DNA of 64,000 bases from Phoronis australis. Lineage: Eukaryota; Animalia; Phoronida. The number at the start of each line of letters is the position of its first letter. Within the stretch, counting starts at the first letter, position 1. The notes beneath the pieces are model-generated. The model saw only the letters and a list, made by a program, of their open reading frames with translations. It was not told where the DNA came from and ran no database searches. Shown here piece after piece: positions 12,890 to 26,849 of this stretch. A program made the translations under genes and the position numbers. The stretch spans positions 1,396,753 to 1,460,752 of the forward strand of contig NMRA01000028.1 of NCBI GenBank assembly GCA_002633005.1. Reading direction: 5' to 3'.

Positions 12890-13289
12890 ACTGGATGTGA
12901 ATGACTAAACATGTTCAGTTAAGAACAAAGAATTTGCAACAAAAGATTTGTCCTATTTTTCAAATGTCCAAATACTGAGTTACAGAGTGAAGTTGTGTCA
13001 GGAGAGCGCTTAAGATGCATGGTCTTCGGTTGTGACACAGCTTTAGCACACGTTTGGTAAATACATATCTTGCTTGACAGTGGTTTGATAAGTTTTTCCT
13101 GCTATGGTCATTCTTTTATATATGTAAGCTGAATTCTTACAGAAAACAAGCGGGTCGGAGTAGAAATTGTGAGTGTGCAGGTAATGAAGACCGAATACCC
13201 ATCTATATTGCTCTGGCCACTAATCTTCAGCTGTATATTAGTTCACAACTGGTTGTTTGGAAGTTTCTCAGCTTCAGGTAGGCAGATCG

Positions 13290-13810
13290 TTAAAAAACAG
13301 TGAACTATAGAGGGCCCAGAATCGAACCTGAGGTACGCCTGCGATAATGGCGAAGTAGTTGGAAAGAATGCCATCCGGTATTTGATAGCGTGCTTGCGGT
13401 CGTATATTATTTTATTAAATAGTTTTTCAACCAGAGGAGTTCGTTATCGTTAACTCCATGTGACTGTAATTTCTTTAATAGGTTACCATTGTCCCCAGTG
13501 TCAAAATCTTTCTTTAAGTCAACACAAACAGCACTTGTAAGCCTCCCCTGATCCATATTGTTAAAGATAAAGTCAGTAGCGTGGATGTAGTCAGAGAAGA
13601 ATGCAGAAGGAGAAAACCAGACTGTGATGTCAATGGAAGGGAATTTTCCGCCAGGAACTGGTGAAGCTGCATTTTGATACATCTTTCAAGAATTTTGGAC
13701 ACTGCAGGGAGGACCGAAATTGGTCTGTAATTTTCGCAAATGGACTTGTCACCGTCTTTAAACCGGAGTAACGACTGTCATCATTCGGAATTGTAGCCGT
13801 TTTTAATCTC
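13290..13810 (-). pseudogene. CR1/L2-type LINE reverse transcriptase fragment (frameshifted)
   Basis: Motifs across frames: ENYRPISVLP, SKILERCI, QSGF..HS, VDLKKDFDT..LLKKL..HGV..LLWLKNYL, GVPQ-SILGPL. Confidence 0.88.
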
Positions 13811-15625
13811 GTAAGGAGCTCAAAGTACTTGCAAAAATAAGCAAAGTGATTTTTGGAGCACAAGTTAAATGAACTTTGACAGGCTGGAATGAACAAGAAT
13901 TCACGTTAACATCAATAAATTGTGAATACATTTTGAGGGGTTGCCTCGTTATCCAGGTTTCCTGTCCCTTCGGGAATTGCCTAAAAATCCGCATTGTCAC
14001 GTAAATTACAGATTTGGAAAAGTCTACCAACTTTACAACCGATAGTTAACTCGAAATGCGGCACGCTGTGAGTCCCTTTTAATCTTAATATTTTTTTGCT
14101 ATGTAATGGCCCACCTCCGTCGCCAAGGTTATTATGTTATGGAAACCTCAGCGTAAAGCTTTTGATTTGCATGTTTATGTATCTACATGCACGAAAATTG
14201 ACCGGTTCATAGACGATTATTTTGACTATTATATGACAATCTTCTAAGAATTCGATGACTGATGCTTCAGGGAACTTTTGTGCAGAGTTAAATTCCGGAA
14301 AATTTCTGTCATCCTACGTACCCTGATCAGCAAAGTAAACTAAGTGATATGAAATGACCTGAAATTTGAGAATGTTCACTCAGGATGACGAAATTCGGAC
14401 AATTAGTTTGTCCATCCCCCATACATGTTTGAATTTGATCTGACATTTCCGAGAAATGATTTAGTGCTTCGAAGTTCGCCCATGCCAAAGTTGGACACTT
14501 TCTAGGGTCGTACATAACCTTAATATGCCTCTGGGTATGACTACCAGTCAAACGTGAGCAACCGAGCACGTAACGCCAACTCAAATTTACATGTCGTGTT
14601 TTCATTGGCAGCGGGGGAATTTTGTTGAAGTTTCGCCGGGTTCGTTGAATGGGCTATTTCACTCGCCGTTACTTGGTGTTAAAGAATACGGTAAAAACTC
14701 TTCAGTTTGGAACCTTAAATCTTGGACAGGTGAAATTTCGTTTTGTCAAAATTTTCAACAAAACAAATTTCTCAGGGAAATTTGCTTTGCTTTTAGCATG
14801 GTTTGTATGGTGTACCCGGTATTACCAAGCAACATATTGAGTAAAAATTTGAGTATTTGCAACAATGTAGTAAGCCGTTGTAAAATAGAAATATGACAAT
14901 CTTGGCTATTATTTTAGTTCCAAACTAAAGAGATTTTACCGTAATTTGTAGCGTCTACACGTCCTGTTGAATTGGCCAAGGATTAGTCATTCTCCTCTTT
15001 TGGCCTTATATTAATCGTAAGGACTAGGAGCTAAAAGTGAGTACTAGACAAAGGTCTGCCAAGCGCCTTCGTTTGACTCGTTCCATGGAATGTCACCCTT
15101 CAACCATATGACAAAAGTTTTCATTATAGGCCTACAAAATCAGGCTCATTACGTTGTCGATTGCTCAAGGCATCGTTTTCTTATAACGTACCGCATGACT
15201 TTAAAACCAACCTGCTTCATCGCGGGTTACATTAGGAATATCACATGGTGGACGGAACTTGGACAAGGATTGTCAGATGATGTCTCAGATATCGTTTTAT
15301 TTGTTGATTTATTTATGCGTGTATATTTGTACGTGCTCCTTAAATGTCGGCGGTGTTGATGGTGGTATTACTAAAAGATTTGTTGACAGTAGTAAAAAAC
15401 GGCGGCCGTGGAAGCAAATTTGTTTTACATCCCCTAAAAAGAAGAAACTTTGTTTCGTCATCAGAGTGAAAGGATGACGATTGCTGCGTTCATACGGTTG
15501 GAGCAGGCGATGGATCCTCGTCTGTGGGTTTATTTCGTGATAAAGGCAACGGATCGATGATGAAATCAAGGTAAAAGCGAACACACGAATAAATCACATG
15601 GCGAATAAGGCTTTGCTTATACAAC

Positions 15626-15925
15626 TCCATTTTCATTTGAAAACGCAACGTTTTCTTTGCGTTTTCAAAACAATGAGTCTACTGTTTTTTCGTTTTCAAA
15701 GTCATAAGTTTCGGTCCACACGCTAAACGGTCGTGACGTCAGCGTTAACAATAAGTTGCGTTTTCCTTCGTACACGACTGATATGTAAATACGATCGTGA
15801 CTGTCAAAAAAGTTACGCTTGCAGAGTGTTTTCAAAAGTTTTTGTTTTTGGTTGTTGAATTCAATCAATACGTGCGGACAAAGCCGTATTTGCAAAGAAA
15901 AATGTTATTTACAAATGAAAATGGA
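15626..15925. mobile_element. Harbinger-like MITE remnant
   Basis: Inverted repeats tccattttcatttg..aac.ttttctttgc / gcaaagaaaaatgtt..caaatgaaaatgga with internal gtccacacg and ttttcaaaa motifs. Confidence 0.55.
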
Positions 15926-16299
15926 TCCATGAGCAAATCTATGTCTAATAACTCTATAGGCGACAAGCGACATATAGTACAACTTGAACGCGAATAAAAG
16001 CGTTACTTAATTCATGCAGGCCTGGATTTACGCGCTCACGTATAAAATCCTGCGTTAACAACTTACAGGCTTGGAATTCCATATTAATTTAGGCCTGCGT
16101 GTATTGAAATGGTTTTGTTTTGTTTTGTATATGTGTGTAAGCTGAAGCTCGTCTGTCCTAAGTTGCTGTTTATAGTTCGCAATGCCGCCGTTTAGGATTC
16201 AGTCACACTGATGTTGGGATATGTTTACATGGTGTTATTCATAAATGCCAATAATGACCCAAATATGTCATCAAATTCAAAATCTGCCAAATCAATAAT

Positions 16300-16715
16300 A
16301 CTAAACTAGAATACACGCTGGAAATGAACATTCGCAGTAAATCTTCGTTCATAAAAAAGTTTACCCAAAATATATTCTAAAGAAAATGAAAATTAACGAA
16401 AACGACAAATGCTCATTTTGTGGACTCATAGAAACTTTTAATCTCTTATTTTTGGAATGTGAGCATGTATTTTCTTTTCGGGATGAATCACAAACATGGA
16501 TTTCAAATGTTGTTGGAGGTAACCTATTACTGGCTGAAAAGCGTGTCCTGTTACTTGCATACTTAAGAGATCATTGTTATGAAATTAATCATATATTAAC
16601 TATAGCTCAGTATTTCATATATACTTGTTCCAAGTCTTCATGTATTACTGTACCTAAGAGATTTCACCCAATTTTATTTGACACTTTGACACTGTCAAGA
16701 CATGGAAAACTGTGA
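16300..16715 (+). pseudogene. L1/Tx1 LINE C-terminal zinc-binding (zf-RVT) fragment
   Basis: KCSFCGLIETFNLLFLECEHV..W..INHILTIAQYFIY. Confidence 0.8.
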
Positions 16716-19700
16716 AATCAAGAGAATCGCCCCCTGACTTGCTCGGAATTTTGAAACCCTTAATGCGAGATCCGTGAGGGAAGAATATGCGTCTGGGAGA
16801 GAAATTTCTTTGACAGGGAAGTCTTTGTGCTTTGAATATGAAGTACGTCGAGTAATCAGGCGCTTATGATGCCATGTATCAGAACTAAGCTGTATTCCGT
16901 ACCCATGTGTTAGAGAATAAAGTCTAGAGTGCTCACATCTTGGTCGCTTTTAATACATGGCGATATCTACCAAAGACTTGCGTGTTCTTCTATTTTCGCG
17001 AGTTTCTTCCTTTTGCAAAACGCAGCTATTTATAAACTACAAAAGGGTGTTTGTCGAAAAAAGGTGTTTCATTGACGAGGAAATCAAGGTTTCACAACTA
17101 AATAATGGTGATGCGTTGGAAAGGAGCAGGGAAATGCGAACACTGAAGAATGATGCTGTTTGTACTGGTTATACGTTGCTCACACTCAGTATATCTACAA
17201 CATCATTCTCATGTTGCAGGTCTTTAATCTTATACGTAATCTTTCTAATTACAGGTTCTGAAATTATGCTAATGATAAAAGGATCATGGTGATGAAATGA
17301 GAAGCACAGTTGGACAACGTGATCGGTTGTATCTGCAAAGTGATGCAGTTTCCACGCCTCAAGACGATGAGACCCTAAGAATTTGGGACTCATTCGATTT
17401 TTGATGTGTGGATGGTTTTGATTTTAGGAATATTATCTATGAAGGAAAGAACTTCTATCGAAACAAGAACAGCCTTAGTGCCTCACCACTTGACCAGTGA
17501 CTGAATGAACACTGGGGCTATGATGTTCCGCAAGGCTGCGGCATTTCTCGAGTTCAGCAGGATTACGCAAACTGTTGCGAGATATCGCTACGCATTGCAA
17601 GCAGAGTACTTGGCTCCCGACAAACTGCCTAGCGAGAATTCTGCGGTGCGGAACAGGTCCCGAACGATGTGCAAATAAGGGGTTATCTGGGTCAATAAAA
17701 TTGGACAGCAGTTTACCTGTCCGTTCCTATTGCACTACATTTGTGACGTCACACAGAGACATCAGTGTCCTCCACAACAGAACGGACTGGGATTATGAAA
17801 TTCATGTTTGAAAACCCATGTCCATCCTGTGCAGAGTTTGCGTGTTAAGTCTTGGAATCATTCATAGAACTGGTACCGAAAGGCCAGAATGCCCTAATCT
17901 CGCAAAACTTTAAACTCGTTGCAGCGGTTTTCACACTCGACGCAAGGAAGCCTAACTCGTCGGTAGAATTCAAACTTGACGTATGTGACGAGTCAAAACA
18001 GGTTGTGGAGAACGCTGACACATATGAATCAATCAATGCAATATTGCTGTTAGTGTTCATATCAGAAACAAACTAATGTAGTTTTGTGTGTGTGTTTTTT
18101 TAATTTTATATGTGGCAGAGTATACTACAATTAGAGTCTTCTAAAAGATCCCTGTGCAAAATATGAATTTTCAGGAGGATAGATGTCAATTAATTAAAGT
18201 CAGTATAATCGCCGCCTCTGAGAACAAATGCTACACAAGAAATATTTTCCTGAAGAATGTTTTCTTCAACGAGATACGAGGAGTGGAAACATGTGCCTAT
18301 CTCCGATGGGAAATCCCATAACTGTACACTCGTGAAATCTGGAAAAATTAAACGTAATATTTCGTTATGATAACCCAAAGAAAGAAACACAAAACTATAT
18401 ACACAAGTTAGACTTGTGTAAAAACTACCAAATCTTTAGAATTTCGAATATTTTGTTTTTGTGTATTCAATTTCATTTTCAAAAGGGTTACCAAAAGTAA
18501 TTTGTCCTTAAGCATACAGCGCTTCCAGAATTCACATGAAAAACAGATAATACCTCGAAAAACGGAGGCCTGCTTCAATGCATAGAACTCTAGCCCTGGG
18601 CTAGAGTTCTAGGCTTTGAGGTAAGTGGAATATATTGCGAGAGCAATTTGTATCTGTTCTTTTCGCGATATCAAAATCACCCATTTCAGACATGCGACAA
18701 AGTTATTCGGAAATCGCCGAGAGGGGACCACGAAATTAAATCCTGGCAAACCTTATCCGCCTATATTCTGTGCACGCTGTAACTGCATGGTGTTCTAGTA
18801 CATTCTGATAAAAGTGCTACTCCCACGTGAAATTTAGAGGAAGTAATCCCAGGGCACCAGGACACTAAACCAGAGCTGAAGAGTCATTGAAGTACGTGGA
18901 AAACGAAAAATGCAACTACAATGCAACCACAGTTAGATTGCGAGTTTTGTGAATCATCAAAATAGTAAACCAGTCCGTATCCGCTGAATTACACATGCAA
19001 ACCTGTAACCTGCATTGAGAAAAAGTGGCCGAACTTTGGTTTGGTACCTCCAGTTTACCCCTCCCCGCATCATCACCATAAGCTCAACGTATAATAAATG
19101 TAATGAAACGACACACGTCTACAGAGAAATATAACCATATCACGCCATCTGGTGTCTTTCAATATTGATTTTCCTTTGATTTAAAAGTACGTATTCTCTG
19201 TACTACAGGAATGCCACTACAGAAGAGTACTAAATTTTATTTTTTACCCAAATTTATTAACAGCCATCAGCTACATGATATAGTATTACGTAACGCACAC
19301 ACTCGTTCACTCCAAGGCAATCATTGCACTTCGTTCCTCATCCGGACCGTTGCGGCACGAGAAACGCCTCTATTCTAATTCATAGTATTTTTACATAGTT
19401 TCGAGCCACTTGCAAAACTCATCTGTTGTCAGCGATGTGGGTTTCGACCCCGCAACCAATGTCCAAGGCAGTAGAATTCATTTATTATGAACAGTGAATT
19501 CCCACGAAACGTTTATCTCATAATCTGTGGTATGAAGATAATTTTATCTTTCGTTATTTTCACCATACCAGTGTGTATAATATTGTTTACCTATGCAACT
19601 AAATAGCTTATAATCTCAACTGTGCAATTTATTGTTTGCAGTGTTATAGTTGAATGCATTTGCAGGTTGATAAAACAAATGCATACTCTTAGTGGCGCTT

Positions 19701-20021
19701 TTGTCAAATTATTTTGTTAGGTCGCATAAAAATATTGGAAAAATTTACTGAAATTACATTAAGCTCATTCAGTTTTTGACAGAATGCTGCCTAACGAGTG
19801 GCTGGATATGAGCAAACTAGTCCCTTTGCTCTGGTAGTTGATGTATTCTCAGTGAACTGATGAGCGCATGCAATTTGAAGATGGTCGTAAATGCTGGTGT
19901 TTTATTCAGTAGAACATAGTTTTGTAAGAGTATAACAGTGCCACCTATTCTCCGTTCTTTTGTTTGTCAACGTGTGGTCGACCATGCTACCTTGTATACT
20001 GTCTATTCGTCAGTCTTTAGC

Positions 20022-20065
20022 GTTCCCTCGATGATGAGCGTACCCCCGCTCGAAATGTGGGGAAC
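20022..20065 (+). ncRNA. Degenerate Penelope-type minimal hammerhead ribozyme-like motif
   Basis: gttccc-tcgatga-t-gagcg(taccc)cgctc-gaaa-tgtg-gggaac: stems I and II pair, but the catalytic core deviates. Confidence 0.4.
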
Positions 20066-22169
20066 ATTTTAATAGATTTTAATACCGACGTTCGTTTTTT
20101 ATTTAATACTATTTTCCTTGACTTTTTCATTGATACAACCTTTTGAAAACATAACACCATTGTCGAATGTGTGACCACTCTCTTGCATCGTTCAAGCTGC
20201 TGCCAAAACTCATGTATATCATTGCAAGCTTCACTAGCAAAGGTACAGTACTCCTAACGTGGTCCCCTATAGATTTGCTCGTTATGTACTCGTTTTTAAC
20301 AAAATTTAGAACAGTGACATCAGTCGGTAGTACAGAATGCAATTTGTTACCATTCTAGTTGCAATAAAAGAATCCACGTACGGTTCACAGTAAGTTACAG
20401 TGAGAATGAACTCTGATCACACTGGCTTCAGCGAGAACTGGTTCTGAGCATGTGTGCCCTTGTTTAAACATTCGTTAGACAAAGGCAATCGAATTGCCAA
20501 CGAAACCGGATGTGGTGCTTGTAGGTCACAAAATTGAGGAACATATTGATGCATGTCTCTAACCTCACAAGTTCTGGTATTGGGCAGAATTGCAACCTCA
20601 GTGTTGTAAATTATGGAGTGTTTGTCCGAACGCCATCAGTTACTCAGTTCAACCAAAATTAAAGTGTAAGACGCTTAAATTTTCTGAAATTTTCTTTTTT
20701 GTAGTCTTGAAGGTCTGCTTTTCCATGATATCAATTTACTTTTACATTATATTTGCTGTCATTTAAATTCCGATTGATTTAAATTTGCCAAAAATGAATC
20801 CAAACTCATGTGAAATTTAGCCGAAAATAAAGGACCATAGATTTTTCTGTAATAATAAATCAAGAATTTAAAGTTATTATTTGGCTTGAGTGTCTATTTC
20901 TATAGAATGAATATATACATGCAAATACGGAGACACGGCACATTTTCCGGGTGCTGCATGTTTCTCAGACAATTCATCTTAACAAGAATAGGGATTATTA
21001 TCAGTTGCAAAGCTTGGTTCAAGTCTACAGATCAAAGATTTGGTCAATATGGGCTGAAAGTTAAAACACCTCTGTGACGTGCGTGCTCTTGGGCGCGATT
21101 CTATACAGTTTACGTGCATTTGACGTCAGTTGCTTGTTTTAAAGGGTAAGTACTGAAACCATCAAATTTAACAATGGTATTAATGAAAACATGCACTACT
21201 TGATCCCCATAAACGCGTTGGGTGTCTTCCTTTGGTCCATCCGATCACGGCAGACAAAACATAAAAATTGCCCATGTGTGACGTCAAGTCGGAACATAGA
21301 CGACACCTGACCTATTCCGGCTCATGGTTGCCAATAAAAATGGCGTCGGGCAACGTTGCAACGAAGGCACGCCTTTCCGCACAAGGAAACTTCGCAATGA
21401 TTATTTCACCCTTTAATGTCCGGCCTTTTACGGCAACTCACGCACGTGTATACCGCACTGGTGTCAAATGATTCAAAACCTGTCCCACAGGCTGTACACT
21501 TGTCTTCGTATTATACCGCTTGGAATAGTGCATTATATACAGAGAAACAACACATTAGCAAGCAAACAGCCTTTTTGTAGTCGTTATAATCTTTTTAAAT
21601 GCTAAAGTAACTAGGACACCATCAGAGCTCTAATCCCCAATATGATCCTATCTACCCTGACGGGGCTGTGCTGTTAAAAATAAAAGTTAGGTTATAACAT
21701 TTTTGAACCAATAGCATTTCTGAAATCTTCGTCAAATGGTGATCATGTTTAGTTTTTGAATCGCCAAAATCGACCAACTGCAACCGAAGTTACGACAATC
21801 TATTCCTTCCAAATACACTAATTCACCCTGGGTTTGGCTATGTTCACGTACATTTGATCTGTAATAACCCCGGTAGATAATTGGCTTGGCTGTTGTCATA
21901 ACAGACAAAAGATTGTGCTTGGCATTTAACAAAGAAGCTAGAAGTTATCACATGCTCAGCACCCCCTACGTCTGGTTAAGTCACTGAACGGGAAAACGCT
22001 GTAATGTATAGCGGCATTCACTCTGCAGACGAACCACTGACGTCGCTGCGTCGTTTCTCACCTTCCTCACAGGTTAACGCGACACCTCTAGGCAAGGTGA
22101 GGTCGACCGTATTGAGGCGATGTGGATATAGACCGATTAAGACGGTAAAAAAGACTAATTAAATCGGGT

Positions 22170-22697
22170 GGCATTCTCCTTTAATTACGAAATATATGTG
22201 TAAACCAATTATCTATTGAACAAAATTACCTGAATAAATACGAGTTTTATAATCTTATTAAACGTGATCTTGTTAGCGAGCAATATGTCAATTGTTTAAG
22301 CGCTTATTCGAGAAGATTACTTGCGAAATTTCGATGTTCAGGTCACTCACTTAATATAGAGAAAGGGAGACAGACATATGGGTATTCCTAGAGGTGAGAG
22401 AATATGCGGGATATGCTGTCTGGGTGAAATTGAAGATGAGCCTCATTTCATGTGTCGATGCCCTGTTCTTGGAGATCTTAGAAGAAATCTTCTACCAGAG
22501 CTTGTGAATGTTAACTATTCTCTTGTTAGGTTGTTCCAACAGAAAAATCATGACAGTATCCAGTGCCTTGCATTGTATATTGAGAAGGCTATGGCTAAGA
22601 GAAGAACTGCTCTCGTGTAAATACTCTGAATATACGTTTGAATTTATGTATGAGTAGGAAAAGCCTACGATGTACAATAAATGATATTGATTGATTA
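22170..22697 (+). mobile_element. 3' end of a non-LTR retrotransposon (RTE-X/CR1-like)
   Basis: LAKFRCSGHSLNIEKGR..PRGERICGICCLGEIEDEPHFMCRCP, stop at 22620, then AATAAA and a (TTGA)n tail. Confidence 0.8.
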
Positions 22698-22699
22698 AA

Positions 22700-24210
22700 G
22701 AATGGTGTCTTAGAAAGCTGACTATCTTTGGAAAGGTCACAGTATTAAAAACACTTGTGCTTCCAAACATTATACATCTGCCCAAGTCCCAATGATACTA
22801 CTTTTGGCGATTTTGAAAATTTGTTTTTTAAATTCATTTGGGATGGAAAACCTGATAAAATAAAAAAGGAGTACTCATTAAATCCATAGAAGAGGGTGGA
22901 TTGAGAATGATTGATGTCAAAAAGTTGATATGTCTTTAAAAATTCATGGATTTAGAAGATTCTTTTTAACAACATCTCCATGGACTTATTTGTTGCAAAA
23001 AGATATCGGGCTTACTAGAGATGGAATGTTGAACTATGGAGACTATAGGTTAACTAGATCGGATAATTGTAACTCTTTTTGGAAAGAATGCATCCAGTAG
23101 TGGAGCCTTTTAGTTCACAAACAAACTGTTTCAGGTCACGAAGATGCGGTGTCAGCAGTAGTATTACCGTGGAATACAGCCCTTGTATTTATGAGTCATT
23201 CGTTAAAAAAAGTATAATATTTGTGAACGATTTTTAGACTGGAATGGTAACTTCAACACCTTAAAGTTTGAAAGTTTCCAGACGATTCATCAGATTAATG
23301 TCAGCTTTCTCAAATATTATTCAATTGTCAGTGCAATAAAAAATATCCGAATACGTTTTCCAAAAACTTAATACTAAAAAAGATATATGGACCACTTGTA
23401 CCCTTTTCTCTAAAAATATTATTTTGACGAAAAAGGGATGTCGCTGTTCTTACCATATTCTGTACAAAAATGACACAATACCATGGGCACAAAAAAATCG
23501 AAGTATTGGGATTTTCGCTATCAGAGAAGGTGTGGAATTTCTATTACAAACTTCCTCATGAATGTACGAATGACACAAGCTTACTTTTCTTTCAGTTCCG
23601 CTTACTGCATAGAATTCTACCTAGTAATTATTTTTTTAACTAAGATTAGATATGTAGACTTAAATGCTTGTACTTTTTGTAAATACTTTCCCGAAACTCT
23701 AGAACATTTATTCTTTGAATGTAAATATGTTAATTCTTTCTGGCATGGGGTACGTCTCTGGTTAATGACTGCAATGCAAGTAAATTTTGAAATAGACAAA
23801 ACCACCATTGTATTTGGTCTTCAAAATGAGAAGAATAGAATTTTAAATTGGTTCCTTTTACAAACTAAAATTTTCATTTTTAAAATGAAATTTGCTTACG
23901 TTAAACCTAATTTAAGATGTCTTTAAAAAAATTGAGGGTGTGTTTAATGTAGAAGTTAGTGCTTCGTTAAACGCACGAAAATTTAATGATACAAAATATG
24001 GGAAGATTGGAAATGTGTTTTTGAAACATGAACGGAGCCAGAGAGTTGACCAGATGCCAGAACAGAAATTTAAGTAGTACTTCTTAACTTGGAAGTAACA
24101 ATGAAATGCTTTCTCGTTATTTTTCTGCACAGTTCTGTACGTTGTTGTGTTGTGTATATTTTTATATGAACTGTCTTCTGTACTAAATGTATTAAATGTA
24201 AAAAATAAAT
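22700..24210 (+). pseudogene. 5'-truncated, decayed L1/Tx1 LINE (post-RT region to 3' tail)
   Basis: RKLTIFGKVTVLKTLVLP, FIWDGKPDKIK, GGLRMID, CTFCKYFPETLEHLFFECKYVNSFW; A-rich end at ~24208. Confidence 0.88.
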
Positions 24211-24262
24211 GCGGCAAACCAACTATTAGCTGAGTATTGACAAGTGGGGGTCTGGCATAACA

Positions 24263-24467
24263 ACTCTCTCTCTCTTTTCATAACTAATGTCTTCCTATTA
24301 ACAAGTCTCTCTCTCTCTCTCACTCTCTCTCTCTCTCTCACTCTCTCACTCTCTCTCTCTTCATAACTAATGTCTTCCTATTAACAAGTCTCTCTCTCTC
24401 TCTCTCACTCTCTTTCTCTCTCACTCTCTCTCTCTCTTCCTAACTAATGTCTTCCTATTAACAAGTC

Positions 24468-24544
<77 letters not shown>

Positions 24545-24920
24545 NNNNNNNNNNNNNNNNNNNNNNNNNNNNNNNNNNNNNNNNNNNNNNNNNNNNNNNN
24601 NNNNNNNNNNNNNNNNNNNNNNNNNNNNNNNNNNNNNNNNNNNNNNNNNNNNNNNNNNNNNNNNNNNNNNNNNNNNNNNNNNNNNNNNNNNNNNNNNNNN
24701 NNNNNNNNNNNNNNNNNNNNNNNNNNNNNNNNNNNNNNNNNNNNNNNNNNNNNNNNNNNNNNNNNNNNNNNNNNNNNNNNNNNNNNNNNNNNNNNNNNNN
24801 NNNNNCTCTCTCTTCACAACTAATGTCTTCCTACTAACAACTCTCTCTCTCTCTTCATAACCAATGTCTTTCTATTAACAACTCTATCTCTCTTCACAAG
24901 TCATGCCTTCCTATTAACAA
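24263..24920. repeat. Compound (CT)n microsatellite with interspersed cataactaatgtcttcctattaacaa units, spanning the N gap 24545-24805
   Basis: Direct reading. Confidence 0.95.
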
Positions 24921-26849
24921 AATTAATGTTATTCTTGGAATTCACGGGAAAAAGATGCCGATAGTTTTGTCGTTATATAACCGTCGGGAATAGTCACAAT
25001 TAGTTTTATAGCCTTTGAGTTCTTCTTTCTTCTTTAGGTCCACGTGCTCCTATAACCGAAGTAATACGTTTTTTCAAAGACATGTTCACTCTATTGTTTC
25101 GGATACAGTCGCATGCGCCTACGTTTCGTTATAGGTGCTCGTGGGTATCCCTTTAACAGGCGCATGTACACGCGTTGTCTTGGCAAGACAAAACCCCAAT
25201 TTTGCAAGTGCGAAACAGTCATTTTGCGCGGTTTGATCGTTTCACAGCACATTGCCTAGATTATAACTCAGGTAAGATGCTCGACAAGTTAGGCTCATTA
25301 TTGAAGTTTTATGTAATAATAATACCAACAACAACTACAACAACAACAACAATAACACTAATAATAATACTTTAACTAGTAGGAATAGCAAGAAACAATC
25401 CAATTCAGAGAGTAGTTGTTGCAAAATTGGCGAAATACTAGTGCATGCATTATTAATTTGACCAGACCTGAACGGAGGTAAAGTAAAGAAATGTTTAATT
25501 GGCCTAAATAAATCGTTTAACCTTTCTTGTAAAACTAGTCATAATGGCAAGTTTTCAAAGGAAAAACAAATGAAGTGTTTCAAGACTTTTTAATGAGTTG
25601 TAAACCAAATACTCCACGTCTTGCATACAGTATCTCCAGGCGTATGTTAAGGGAGCCCATTTGCTACATTCCACAGTAGCTGAGAAAATTAAAATATGAA
25701 TCGCATGTGCCCATCTCCAGGGCATCACTTGCAAGCAAGCACGGTTTTGCTCAAATAGTCCGCATATAGGCGCATGCATCTGATTCCGTATAATATAGGC
25801 GCAACGGTAACAGTAACGAGCTCGCAATCAATCTGTTGTGTGACACAATATAAGTTGCAGCCCATTCTTAAGAAAAATACAAGGACAGAAGATGTCTCTC
25901 TCTCCAAAGCTAATTCGTGGGTGCTGCAAAGAGGTGACAATTGCGGGAGGGCGTGGCAGTATTACCAAATGACTACCTGACTAATATTTCACCCGGGGTG
26001 CCATTCAGGATTCCATACTCTGACACAATGAATTCTACCTCCTCAAGCGGTTTACACCATCGTTTCTTAGGTAAGACTTTAGCTGATTCATTTCCCAAGT
26101 CGCGTCTAGAATATGAACAAAACGACATGGGGTTACCACTGAGGAGTACACTATATTAAACAGTATGATTTGAAATCTCTTCAAAAAGTGCTCTATTTTA
26201 TTGTTAGACCAGCAAAATCTACCTGCAACGTGAAAAAAGGCTAATGTTCCCCTGCAAGCAGCCCCTTGTCTCTGTAGTCCTCGGTGATACCCCGCCATTC
26301 ACGTTACTGACCCATCAGCCAATCAGCGATCGCTTTCAGGATTCAGTGTTACGAATCGGCTCTTGTTTGGCGCGCAAGTCGGCAAATGTGAGTTTCATTT
26401 TATTTACTTGTATGTTGGAACCGATTATCTGCAACATTAATTATTTTGACTACAGTCCTCTTTTAATAGCAAATTGGTTCGGTTATCAAAGAAGCATTTT
26501 AATTAGGTACAAACATAATCATTAATTTTGTTGTCTTGACAACAAAATTTGCATGAACTGCACCCTATCGAGTAAAATTTTATAACCTATCCTTAAAAAC
26601 AAATTTGGTTATTTTGAGATTGAAGTGCGATTTGACAAAAACGTCAGCAAATGTCAGTTCTCGTTGCTTTTTACATCCTGGTTCACTCATAACCAATACA
26701 ACATTGGTCATTGCTGACGCAAGAGAGATCAGGGAAGAAGGCGTACTACATGTATGTACTTTCTAGTGTCAAGGACTCGGTTCTACGTACTTTTGCATGG
26801 GCGGCGGAGTCAGCTCTTGAGTAGGGGCACATACACGGTCGGTGGTTAA

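Noticed and set aside
24458-24817. RE-repeat ORF
   Set aside because: Translation of a (CT)n microsatellite and the N gap
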